From contig CAWGKG010000014.1 in NCBI GenBank assembly GCA_963823035.1, positions 544,001 to 608,000 of the forward strand: a stretch of 64,000 nt of DNA, read 5' to 3'. The notes beneath the pieces are model-generated. The model saw only the letters and a list, made by a program, of their open reading frames with translations. It was not told where the DNA came from and made no database searches. This document shows positions 1 through 8,731 of the stretch, piece by piece (positions within the stretch are counted from its first letter, which is position 1; each line of letters starts with the position of its first letter). Made by a program: the position numbers and the translations under genes. The DNA is from an uncultured Gemmatimonadales bacterium. Its GTDB lineage: Bacteria; Gemmatimonadota; Gemmatimonadetes; Longimicrobiales; Gaopeijiaceae.

Positions 1-1619
1 CTGTACAGGCCGAGGTCGAACGACTGGCCCGCGAGCGCCCCGCCCCATTCCACGCGCATGCGGCCGGTGGCGCGGAGCCCGGTGGAGAACGGAAGGTCGA
101 GGGAGCCCTCGATGGCGTGGGTCACGTTGAGACGGTCGAGGTAGTCCGACCGGCTGTACCGATAGCCCATGCGTAGCCACGCCGGCTGAAGACGGAAGGA
201 GAGCGAGGGCGACGCCGTGATCGTGCTCCCGTACGCTCCCGTCCAGCGCGCGAGGCTTCCCCACAACCCTGCGCCGGACATCCCCGGGAGCGGGTCGAGC
301 GAGAACGAACCCGTGGTGCCCCAGCTGTGCCGCCCCGCCTCATCCGATCCCCGTGATCCGTCCACGGAGATGAAGCCCGCCCCCCCGCGCAGCGACAGCC
401 CGGCGTCGATGCGCTCGTTGCGCGGGGCGAAGAAGGCGTCGGTGAGCCCCTGGATCCACGTCTCCCGGCGCGCGAACGCCCCGCGCAGCTGGACGCCGGC
501 GCCGAGCTCGAGCGAGCCGTTCACCCGAACGCGCGACACCCGCCATCCCCCGTCGTTCTCCTGGTCGAGCTGCAGGTCGTGACCCACGCGGAGAGGGCCC
601 AGCGTCATGCGCTGCGAGGCGCCGAAGAACGTGTGCTCGGGAAGGCTGTCCGTCGGTCGGAGGGCATGCGCCGAGAGGTCGCCGGCCCAACGCCACCCCC
701 TCCCTCGAGCCCTCGCGTCCATGAACAGCGTAGCCTTGGGTGACGTGACGGAGGGACGCTCGTTCCAGCGGTCGGGCTCGAAGCCGACGATCGCGCCGAC
801 CCCGAAGTCCCCCCCAAAGCGCAGGAGCGCCCCGTCCCAGAAGCCGCTGTAGGACTCCACGGGGCTGTGGAAGCGCCCGAGCGCGACCCGCAGCGGAACG
901 GCGGTGAACTCCCGCTCCAGCACGGCGGCGTAGACGCGTGCCGACGAGGCCGGTTGGATGAGGTCCTCGCTGCTGTAGCGGTACGCCAGCCGCATGCTCG
1001 TGCGCAGACGGAAACCGGCGAGCGCATGGGGAACCGTGGCATCGAAGCGGAAGGCCGGCGTCGCGAACGTGCGATCCACCTGGGTCGGATCGAGCTCCCC
1101 GACCCGGGTGGTCGACCGGTTGGCGGACACGTCCAGCCCGATCCTCCCGTGCGGACGGGGGCCCTCGGGCACGCGCGTCGCGGACGCGGCACCGGGGCGG
1201 GCGGGCGCAGGCGTCGGCCTCGAGGCTCGAGCCGTCTTCGCGGTGGGCGCCGCCCGCTGCGCCGGATCCGGCTCGGGGACGGCCTCGGCGGGTGCACGGA
1301 GGAGGTGGATCGTCAGGGCCTCACCCCGCGTCACCGCGAACGCCTCCCCCGCGAAAGAGAGCACCGCACGGGTCTCGGTGCTGGCCGTGACCGTGAGCGT
1401 GCCCACGGGCGCATCCGTACCCTCGCGGGACACGTCCACGGTGTCTCCCGTGGCCAGCCCGTGGCGGGTACCGACGTCGAGGTAGACGGACGCGCCCGCC
1501 ACCTGGCGGACGCGCACCGTGATGGTCGGCGGCGTCGCCTGCCCGACAACGCGACCCGCCGAGGCGACGAGGAGCGCGAGGACGAGCCCCGCCGCGCAGA
1601 AGAGGCGACGCTCAACCAC
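1..1619 (-). CDS. Putative outer-membrane beta-barrel protein (candidate porin of the multiheme cytochrome operon); 3' end runs off the window
   Basis: Hand translation from GTG at 1619, overlapping the cytochrome stop: MVERRLFCAAGLVLALLVASAGRVVGQ signal peptide, an N-terminal beta domain, a Pro/Ala linker, then alternating aromatic beta-strands ending ...WLRMGYRYSRSDY...GQSFDLGLY at the window edge. Absent from the ORF track, consistent with no stop codon inside the window. Confidence 0.75.
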   Translation of the reverse strand, partial: MVERRLFCAAGLVLALLVASAGRVVGQATPPTITVRVRQVAGASVYLDVGTRHGLATGDTVDVSREGTDAPVGTLTVTASTETRAVLSFAGEAFAVTRGEALTIHLLRAPAEAVPEPDPAQRAAPTAKTARASRPTPAPARPGAASATRVPEGPRPHGRIGLDVSANRSTTRVGELDPTQVDRTFATPAFRFDATVPHALAGFRLRTSMRLAYRYSSEDLIQPASSARVYAAVLEREFTAVPLRVALGRFHSPVESYSGFWDGALLRFGGDFGVGAIVGFEPDRWNERPSVTSPKATLFMDARARGRGWRWAGDLSAHALRPTDSLPEHTFFGASQRMTLGPLRVGHDLQLDQENDGGWRVSRVRVNGSLELGAGVQLRGAFARRETWIQGLTDAFFAPRNERIDAGLSLRGGAGFISVDGSRGSDEAGRHSWGTTGSFSLDPLPGMSGAGLWGSLARWTGAYGSTITASPSLSFRLQPAWLRMGYRYSRSDYLDRLNVTHAIEGSLDLPFSTGLRATGRMRVEWGGALAGQSFDLGLY

Positions 1620-4600
1620 CTCGACCTCTCGGGTGGCAGGAGAAGCAGGCGTGGCTCTCGTACACGTAGCTGCGCACCTCGCGGTGGTGGCCGTCCGTGT
1701 TGCCCTGCGTGTGGCAGGTGGTGCAGGTGAAGTCGCTGAAGTTTCCGCCCAGGTGGCAGTCGTTGCAGGAATCCCACCGCCCGCGGTGCGACCCGGAGTA
1801 GATCGGGAAGAACGAGGCGTCGTGATCGAAGGTGGATGGGCTCCAGGCGCTCGTCGTGTGGCAGGTGGTGCAGTCGGTCGGGTAGCCCGGACCCACCATG
1901 CTCGCGGTCGTAGTCCGTCTGGTGGCATGCCACGCAGTCGTTCTGGTTGGCCGGGTCCGGGAAACGCAGCCCGTAGCCCGGAATCGTATGGCACGCCGTG
2001 CACTCGGCCGTCGCGTGCGCGCCAAGGAGCTGGAAGCCGCCCGAGATCGACGGGTGGTCCAGCGTGGCCCCCGACCAGGTGTTCGACTGATGGCAGCTGA
2101 GGCAGGTGGTGGGGAAGCCCGAGCCCGCGTGGTGCGCGTCGTAGTCCGCCTGGTGGCACGACACGCAGTCGCTGTTGTTCGCCGGCTGCGGGAAGAGCAG
2201 CGCGTAGTCCGGCACGGAGTGGCAGGCCGTGCACGCCGCCGTCGCATGCGGCCCGTTGAGCGTGAACCCGCCTGAGATCGCGGCGTGGTCGACCGTGGCG
2301 CCGTCCCAGGTGCTCTGGTTGTGACACTCGAGGCAGGTGGTCGGGAAGCCCGATCCCGCGTGCTGGCCGTCGTAGTCCGCCTGGTGGCAGGCCACGCAGT
2401 CCTGCGGCCCGGACGGCAGCTCCGAGAGGTGCCCCGGCGGACCGTGGCACGACGCGCACGCTGCGGGCGCGTGCGCGCCGACCAGCGGGAAGCCCGTCGT
2501 GCCGTGGTCGAACGTCGCACCCTCCCACCGGTCGGCCGCGTGACACGAGGTGCACGTCGTCGGGAAGCCCGACCCCGCGTGGTTCGCGTCGTAGTCCGCC
2601 TGGTGGCAGACCACGCAGTCGTTGTTGTTCGCCGGCTGCGGGAAGAGCAGCGCGTAGTCCGGCAGCGAGTGGCAGGCCGTGCACGCCGCCGTCGCGTGCG
2701 GCCCGTTGAGGACGAAGCCCCCGGACACCGCGGCGTGGTCGACCGAAGCGCCCTCCCACGAGCTCTGGTTGTGGCACGCCAGACAGGTCGTCGGGAAGCC
2801 CGATCCCGCGTGCTGGCCGTCGTAGTCGGCCTGGTGGCAGGCCACGCAGTCCTGCGGCCCCGACGGGAGCTCCGAGAGGTGCCCCGGCGGACCGTGGCAC
2901 GACGCGCACGCAGCGGGCGCGTGCGCCCCGACCAGCGGGAAGCCCGTCGTGCCGTGGTCGAACGTCGCACCCTCCCACCGGTCGGCCGCGTGACACGAGG
3001 TGCACGTCGTCGGGAAGCCCGAGCCCGCGTGGTTCGCGTCGTAGTCCGCCTGGTGGCAGACCGCGCAGTCGTTGTTGTTCGCCGGCTGCGGGAAGAGGAG
3101 CGCGTAGTCGGGGACGGAGTGACAGGAGGTGCACTGCGCGTCGCGGTGCGGACCCTCGAGCGCGAAACCGCCGGAGATCGCCACGTGGTCGACGGATGCG
3201 CCCTGCCACGAGCCCTGGTTGTGGCACTCCAGGCAGGTGGTCGGGAAGTCGGACCCGGCATGCCCCTCGTCGTAGTCGGCCTGGTGACACGCCACGCAGT
3301 CCTCCGGTCCGACCGGCAGCGCGAAGAGGTGTTCCGGGGCACCATGGCACGAGGCGCACCCGGCCGGCTTGTGGGCCCCGGCCAGGGGGAAGCTCGTCGT
3401 GCCGTGGTCGAAGGTGGAGCCTTCCCAGTGGTCCGAGGCGTGGCAGGAGAGGCAGGTGGTCGGATAGCCCGTTCCCGCGTGCTCCTGGTCGAATTCGACC
3501 TGGTGGCACACCACGCAGTCGTTCTGGTCGGTCGGCTGCGGGAAGAGGAGGCCGTAGTCCGGCACGGAGTGGCAGACCGTACACTCCGCCGTCGCGTGCG
3601 GGCCCTCCAGCGCGAAGCCGTCGGAGAGCGCCACATGGTCGAAGTTCGAATCCTCCCACGAGCTCTGGTTGTGGCATTCCATGCAGGTGGTCGGGAAGCT
3701 GGATCCGCCGTGTCCCTCGTCGTAGTCGGCCTGGTGGCAGGCGACGCAGTCCTCCGGTCCTGCGGGGAGGGCGGACAGGTGGGCCGGAGCCCCGTGACAG
3801 TCCGCGCACGCCGTCGGCTCGTGGGCCCCCACCAGCGGGAAGCCCGTCGTGGCGTGGTCGAACGACGCACCCTCCCATCGGTCCAGCCCGTGACACGACT
3901 GGCAGGTGATCGGGAAGCCCGAGCCGGCGTGCTCGTGGTCGTAGTCTCTCTGGTGGCAGGATGCGCAGTCGTCCTGGTTGGCGGGCGTCGGGAAGCGTAG
4001 CGCGCGATCACCCTCGGCGTGACAGGACGAGCACACGAGCTGGCCGTGGCTGCCCAGCAGCGCGAAGCCGGTCATGGCATGGTCGAAGCTGGCTCCCGAC
4101 CAGCTGTCGAGGGTGTGACAGGAGGTGCAGCTCTTCGGGAAGCCCGAGCCTCCGTGCTCGCGGTCGTAGTCCGTCTCGTGGCAGGACGCGCAGTCCTCCT
4201 GGCTCGTGGCCGCGAAGAGCGGCTCCATCCCGGGCGCGCGGTGGCAGTGCGCGCACTGCAGACCGGCGTGGGCTCCCACCAGCGCGAACCCTCCGGATAC
4301 CGCCGCGTGGTCGAAGGCGGGCGCGTCGGTCCAACCCACCGTGCTGTGGCATTCGGTGCAGGTGGTGGGATATCCGGCGCTGACGTGGTCGACCACCCGG
4401 GCTCCCTGGTAGTCGGACTGGTGGCACGACACGCAGTCCGTGGGGAGCGCCGTGAACGCGCCGCCCACATCGTCGACGTGGCAGCTTTCGCAGGTCACCT
4501 GACGGTGCGCCCCCGTGAGGGGGAAGGTCGTGCGGGCGTGGACGGTCTCACCGTCCACCGCATCGAACGAGCGGGTCGTGTGGCAGGAGGCGCAGCTCTG

Positions 4601-4930
4601 CATCATGCGCCCCTCGTGCACGTCCGCGTGGCAGCTCGAGCAGTCGTCCGCCTTGACGTCCGGACCATCGAAATGGAGGTCCAGATGGCACCCGGCGCAG
4701 GCTACCTGCGTGTGCGCGCCGCTGAGGACGAAGCCGCTGCGCGCGCCGTGGACGAAGCCCAGCGTGTCGCGCACCGGCACCCACCCTTCGTTCGTGTGGC
4801 AGGCCGAGCAGTCGAGGCCGTCCGGTAACGTCCCGTGCGGATTCACCCGCGCCTGCCAGGCGGCCAGGGGGCTCGCCCCCGCGCCGATCGCGACCCCCAC
4901 CGCGACGAGCAGCAGCCTAGCACGACTCAC
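1612..4930 (-). CDS. Giant multiheme cytochrome c (~43 CxxCH, ~1100 aa), one frameshift near 1887
   Basis: GTG at 4930 overlaps the upstream TGA; Sec-type signal MSRARLLLVAVGVAIGAGASPLAA. 39 CxxCH counted in ORF 1331..5128 and 4 more (CTTCH, CNDCH, CTTCH, CFSCH) in the frame ending at 1612. Confidence 0.9.
2111..3910. repeat. Intragenic 450-bp tandem repeat (about 4 units, each 150 aa with 6 hemes)
   Basis: Anchor tcgggaag recurs at 2341, 2791, 3241 and 3691; the second-module anchor recurs at 2111, 2561, 3011, 3461 and 3911. The units around 2341 and 2791 are nearly identical. Confidence 0.9.
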
Positions 4931-6426
4931 GACGTACCTCCGTGGCAGTCCCGGCACTCGGTGCCGAGGGGTCGATAGGCGACGACGGCCTCGCCCGAGG
5001 TGTTCTTCTCGGCGCGGTGGCACGACGCGCACGGAACCCCCATGTGCGCGCCGGCCAGGGGAAACCGCGTGGTCTCGTGGTCGAACGTCTCGATGCGGAA
5101 CGACTCGTTTCCATGACAGGCGTTGCACGCGCGCCCCGCGAACTGGTCGCCGTGGGGGCTCGTAGCCGCGTGGCAGTCCTGGCAGGTCGAGGCGTCGAGG
5201 CGGAAGGTCGGCACCTGGGTCTCCTCGACGTGGCAGGACATGCAGGCCACCACGCGGTGCGCGCCCTCGAGCGGAAAGGACGTCTCCCGGTCGTGACGCT
5301 GCGCGTCGAAGCGCGCCGGCAGCCAGGCATCCTGCCGGTGGCAGCCGCTGCAGTCACCCGCATCGTCACGATCGGCGAACACGCCCGCGTGTCGGTCCTC
5401 GTGGCACGTCAGACAGGTGCCATCTTCCACGTCCGGCCGCGGGAAGGCACGTCTCTCCGTGCCCTTCCGGTATCGGATGTGGATCCCTTCGGGCGCGGCG
5501 GTCTTGGCCTGGTGACAGGAAGCGCAGGGCGCCGAGGCGTGGGCGCCCTCGAGCAGGAACCCCGTGGTGCCGTGATCGAACGTGCTCTCGACCCGGTTGC
5601 GGTCGATGCGCTGCCAACCCGACGTGGAGTGGCAACTCTCGCATCGACCCGTCATGGCGCCGTGGTGCTCGTCCTCGTGGCAGTCGTTGCAGCGCCCCGA
5701 CTTCACACCCTCGTACTGCACGGCGGGAGGCTCGTCACGCCCGCGCGGGGTCGTCTCGTGGCAGTCGGAGCAGTCCACCTCGCGGTGGCGCCCCGTGAGA
5801 CGGAAGTCCGTACGGTCGTGGCTGAAGCCCTTGGCGCCCTCCCACCCTCCGGTGTCGTGGCAATCGGTGCACGCCCGCCCAGAGAACTGCGTGCCGTGGG
5901 GCGAATCGACGTCGTGGCACGACGAGCACGTCTCCGGCAGGCCGAGGAAGGTCTTCCGGAGCGCCCCGTGCTCCCCCTTGACCGCCCGGACCTCACGGTC
6001 CTGGATGTGCTCGGGCGTGTGACAGCCGCGGCACCCCGCTTCGAGATGCCGCCCCTGTAGCTCGAACCCGGTCAGGTCGTGGTCGAAGCGGAGGGTATCG
6101 AGGCGGACGAGCGCGAAGTCCACCCCGAAGTGCTCCTTGTGGCAGGTGGCGCACTTGCGTTCCGCGAGGGAGGCGTGGAAGCCCCGCTTCGACTCGATGC
6201 GCTCCGCGAGCGGTGCATGGCAGGCCAGGCACTTGGCCTCGGACGCACCCGCCTTTCGCAGCTCGTGACACTGGGTGCAGTGGCGGATGCCCTCCAGATC
6301 CGCGTGCACGCTGGAGAGCTTCCCTGGCGAGATGAGCTGAGCCGACGCGACGACGGGCCAGCCCAGGCTCATCACGGTGAGCCAGGTCAGCGGCGAGCGT
6401 AGCGGCGTCCGGGGCAGGCGCGGCAT
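4927..6426 (-). CDS. 17-heme periplasmic cytochrome c (499 aa)
   Basis: ATG at 6426, signal peptide ending VASA-Q; 17 CxxCH motifs with FDH..FxLxGxH distal-His modules. Confidence 0.9.
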   Translation of the reverse strand: MPRLPRTPLRSPLTWLTVMSLGWPVVASAQLISPGKLSSVHADLEGIRHCTQCHELRKAGASEAKCLACHAPLAERIESKRGFHASLAERKCATCHKEHFGVDFALVRLDTLRFDHDLTGFELQGRHLEAGCRGCHTPEHIQDREVRAVKGEHGALRKTFLGLPETCSSCHDVDSPHGTQFSGRACTDCHDTGGWEGAKGFSHDRTDFRLTGRHREVDCSDCHETTPRGRDEPPAVQYEGVKSGRCNDCHEDEHHGAMTGRCESCHSTSGWQRIDRNRVESTFDHGTTGFLLEGAHASAPCASCHQAKTAAPEGIHIRYRKGTERRAFPRPDVEDGTCLTCHEDRHAGVFADRDDAGDCSGCHRQDAWLPARFDAQRHDRETSFPLEGAHRVVACMSCHVEETQVPTFRLDASTCQDCHAATSPHGDQFAGRACNACHGNESFRIETFDHETTRFPLAGAHMGVPCASCHRAEKNTSGEAVVAYRPLGTECRDCHGGTS

Positions 6427-6430
6427 CGCT

Positions 6431-7078
6431 TCAGCTTCCCTTGAGCCGGGCCAGGGCATCGGAGATGCGCGCCAGCATCGCGCCGTCCGTCGTGGTCTCC
6501 CGGGCCTCCTCGAAGAGCCGCACGGCTTCCTCGCTACGTCCCTGGTTCGCGCGCACCGCGGCCAGGTCGTACCGGGCGACCACGTCGCCGCCGTCCTGGT
6601 CGAGGCGGTCGACGAGCACGCCGGCCGCGAGGTCCCACTCCCCCAGCTCACCGTGGGCCGACGCCAGGTCGTAGTACGCCTGCGCTTCGGAAGGGTCGAG
6701 CGAGATGGCCTTCCGGTAGTACGCCACGGCGTCCCGCGTGCGGTGCCCGTCGTGGAGGAGACGGGCCAGCTCCACCACACCCTCGCGCATCTCCGGGTCG
6801 GCCGAGACGCGCATGCGCGCCGCGTGCAGGCGCTCCTCGTAGGCGGCCGTGGTGGCCGGCGTCGATCCGGTCACGATGCCCGCCGCCGCGTGTGCCTCCG
6901 CCGCGGCGTCCGCGGCGCCCGACGGGCTCGCGCCGACCCTCGCCGAGTCACCGGGGGCCACCCGCGATCTCCCGGGTCGCTGCTGCATGCCGAACAGCCC
7001 GACCGCCACACCGACGCCCACCAGGAGCGCCAGCGGCGCCCAGACCCGCGCCGACACGGGGGAGCGGGAGCGGCTCAA
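6431..7078 (-). CDS. Membrane-anchored tetratricopeptide repeat protein
   Basis: N-terminal hydrophobic helix; TPR-like motifs (AVAYYRKAISLDPSEAQAYYDLA, ARYDLAAV). Start uncertain (TTG 7078 overlapping the upstream stop, or 7090). Confidence 0.8.
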   Translation of the reverse strand: MSRSRSPVSARVWAPLALLVGVGVAVGLFGMQQRPGRSRVAPGDSARVGASPSGAADAAAEAHAAAGIVTGSTPATTAAYEERLHAARMRVSADPEMREGVVELARLLHDGHRTRDAVAYYRKAISLDPSEAQAYYDLASAHGELGEWDLAAGVLVDRLDQDGGDVVARYDLAAVRANQGRSEEAVRLFEEARETTTDGAMLARISDALARLKGS

Positions 7079-7935
7079 CCGAACACCCACGTATAGCCGA
7101 AGAGCACGGCGACGAACACGTGGATCCCGAGGACCAGGAACATCACCGTCGCCAGGGGAAGGTGGACCACATGCCAGTAGCGGAACAGGCGCTGGAAGGG
7201 GTGCAGCAGCAGCGTCTGCTGACGGAGTCTGCGCTGCTCCTTCGCGAGGTTCATCACCGGCGCCTGCAACTCCTTGGGCACGCCGCGACCATGCAAGAAC
7301 TTGCGCACGCCGCGCAGGTGCCTGCGTTGCCGGAGGTCCTCGCGCACCGCGAAGGCGACCGCTCCCACGAGTGACGAACGCGTCCCGGTCGCGCCGGCCG
7401 GAACGAGCAACGCCTCCAGGTCGGCGGCCGGCAGGTTCGTGCGGGCCGCGATGTCGCGCGTCATCTCGCGCACCCTTTCACCGATCGCGTCGAGCGTGAG
7501 GAACCGCCCGTTGATCGTCTTCGGAATGCGCACGTACACGTAGCGGCCGAAGACACCGCTCGCGACCACGATCGCCATGCTCCAGAAGGCGATCGAGACG
7601 ATGCCGCCGAACTTGAAGGTGGTGTGGAGGAGCACGAGGAAGGGTCCCAGCGTGCACATGAAGATGTGCACCTGCAGCCAGTGTCTCAGGGCGCCGAGGC
7701 GCGCCAGGAAGCGCAGCCGCTTCCTGGCCGTGTATCCCCCGACACCCAGGAGGATGAGCCCCGCTCCGACGATGCCGAAGCCCTGCCCGACGAGCCCCGT
7801 CGGTGCGAAAAGCGTCGCGAGGTCGGAATAGGCACGCTGATTGATGGGGAGCAGGTAGTAGTCGAGCCCGGCGACGAGCGCCGAGCCCGCCACCGACAGC
7901 CAGATCACGGTCAGGACGAATGACAACAAGCGCAC
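7075..7935 (-). CDS. Polytopic inner-membrane protein with His-containing TM motifs (cytochrome b/ferric-reductase-like)
   Basis: About 5-6 hydrophobic segments; WLQVHIFMCTLGPFLVLLH and RYWHVVHLPLA..LGIHV motifs; first gene of the cytochrome operon. Confidence 0.7.
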   Translation of the reverse strand: MRLLSFVLTVIWLSVAGSALVAGLDYYLLPINQRAYSDLATLFAPTGLVGQGFGIVGAGLILLGVGGYTARKRLRFLARLGALRHWLQVHIFMCTLGPFLVLLHTTFKFGGIVSIAFWSMAIVVASGVFGRYVYVRIPKTINGRFLTLDAIGERVREMTRDIAARTNLPAADLEALLVPAGATGTRSSLVGAVAFAVREDLRQRRHLRGVRKFLHGRGVPKELQAPVMNLAKEQRRLRQQTLLLHPFQRLFRYWHVVHLPLATVMFLVLGIHVFVAVLFGYTWVFG

Positions 7936-7964
7936 CGCCTCTCAGATGGGTCGTCGGGAACCCA

Positions 7965-7980
7965 TGCAATTCCCGCGCCG
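7965..7980 (-). promoter_or_regulatory. Putative sigma54 -24/-12 promoter of the multiheme operon
   Basis: Minus strand CGGCGC-GGGAA-TTGCA, exact GG-N10-GC spacing, 30 bp upstream of the 7935 start. Confidence 0.55.
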
Positions 7981-8070
7981 GGTGAGGCGGACGGCCGACA
8001 AAACGTTCCGCAGCGTTTTGCGTCCGGGATTCGCCCACGACACGTGACCAAGAAGGCACACCGAAGCCCC

Positions 8071-8706
8071 ATGGACGACGTCTTCAGAGCGATCGCCGAC
8101 CCCACGCGCCGCAGGCTCCTCGATGCCCTGCTCGAGGAGGACGGGCAGTCCTTGAGCGCCTTGGGCGACCCCCTGCCGATGACCCGCTTCGGCGTGATGA
8201 AGCACCTGCGCGTGCTCGAGGAAGCGGGCCTGCTCGTGACGCGGCGCCGCGGCCGGGAAAAGCTCCATTACCTGAACACCGACCCCATCCGCCTCGTCCA
8301 CGACACGTGGCTGCGCAGGTACGCCGAGCGCAGCGGGCCGGATGCGGACGAGGCGGGCATCGGCGCGGAGGCGGACTCGACCGCGACGATCTTCGAGACG
8401 TGGATCGCAACGACGCCCGAGCGGCTGTGGGCGGCGATCACCGACCTTTCCGAGGCGGAGAACCTCGAGATCGACCCGCCCCGGCGTCTCGTGCAACGCT
8501 TCCGCGGAAGGCACGAGGATGCCCGCAGCCTACGTGCCTCGCGGGTCACGTGGGAGATCGTCCACCACGGACCCGCCTGCCGGCTCACGGTCATGCGTGA
8601 CCCGCACGGCACGGACCCCGTCCACCATCCTTCCTGGCAGACGCTCCTGGCCCGCCTCAAGGCGATACTGGAGTCCGGCGAGCCTCCGACACCCGCCGAG
8701 GCGTGA
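8071..8706 (+). CDS. ArsR-family HTH regulator fused to an SRPBCC/AHSA1 domain
   Basis: VFRAIADPTRRRLL...MTRFGVMKHLRVLEEAGL; C-terminal WIATTPERLWAAIT...SRVTWEI. Confidence 0.85.
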   Translation: MDDVFRAIADPTRRRLLDALLEEDGQSLSALGDPLPMTRFGVMKHLRVLEEAGLLVTRRRGREKLHYLNTDPIRLVHDTWLRRYAERSGPDADEAGIGAEADSTATIFETWIATTPERLWAAITDLSEAENLEIDPPRRLVQRFRGRHEDARSLRASRVTWEIVHHGPACRLTVMRDPHGTDPVHHPSWQTLLARLKAILESGEPPTPAEA

Positions 8707-8731
8707 CCGAACGAGCAGCGGCCCGAAGCTG

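Noticed and set aside
2111..3910. Periodic repeats as a possible CRISPR array or mobile repeat
   Set aside because: The period is 450 bp, in frame and coding for heme modules; no unique spacers and no cas genes.
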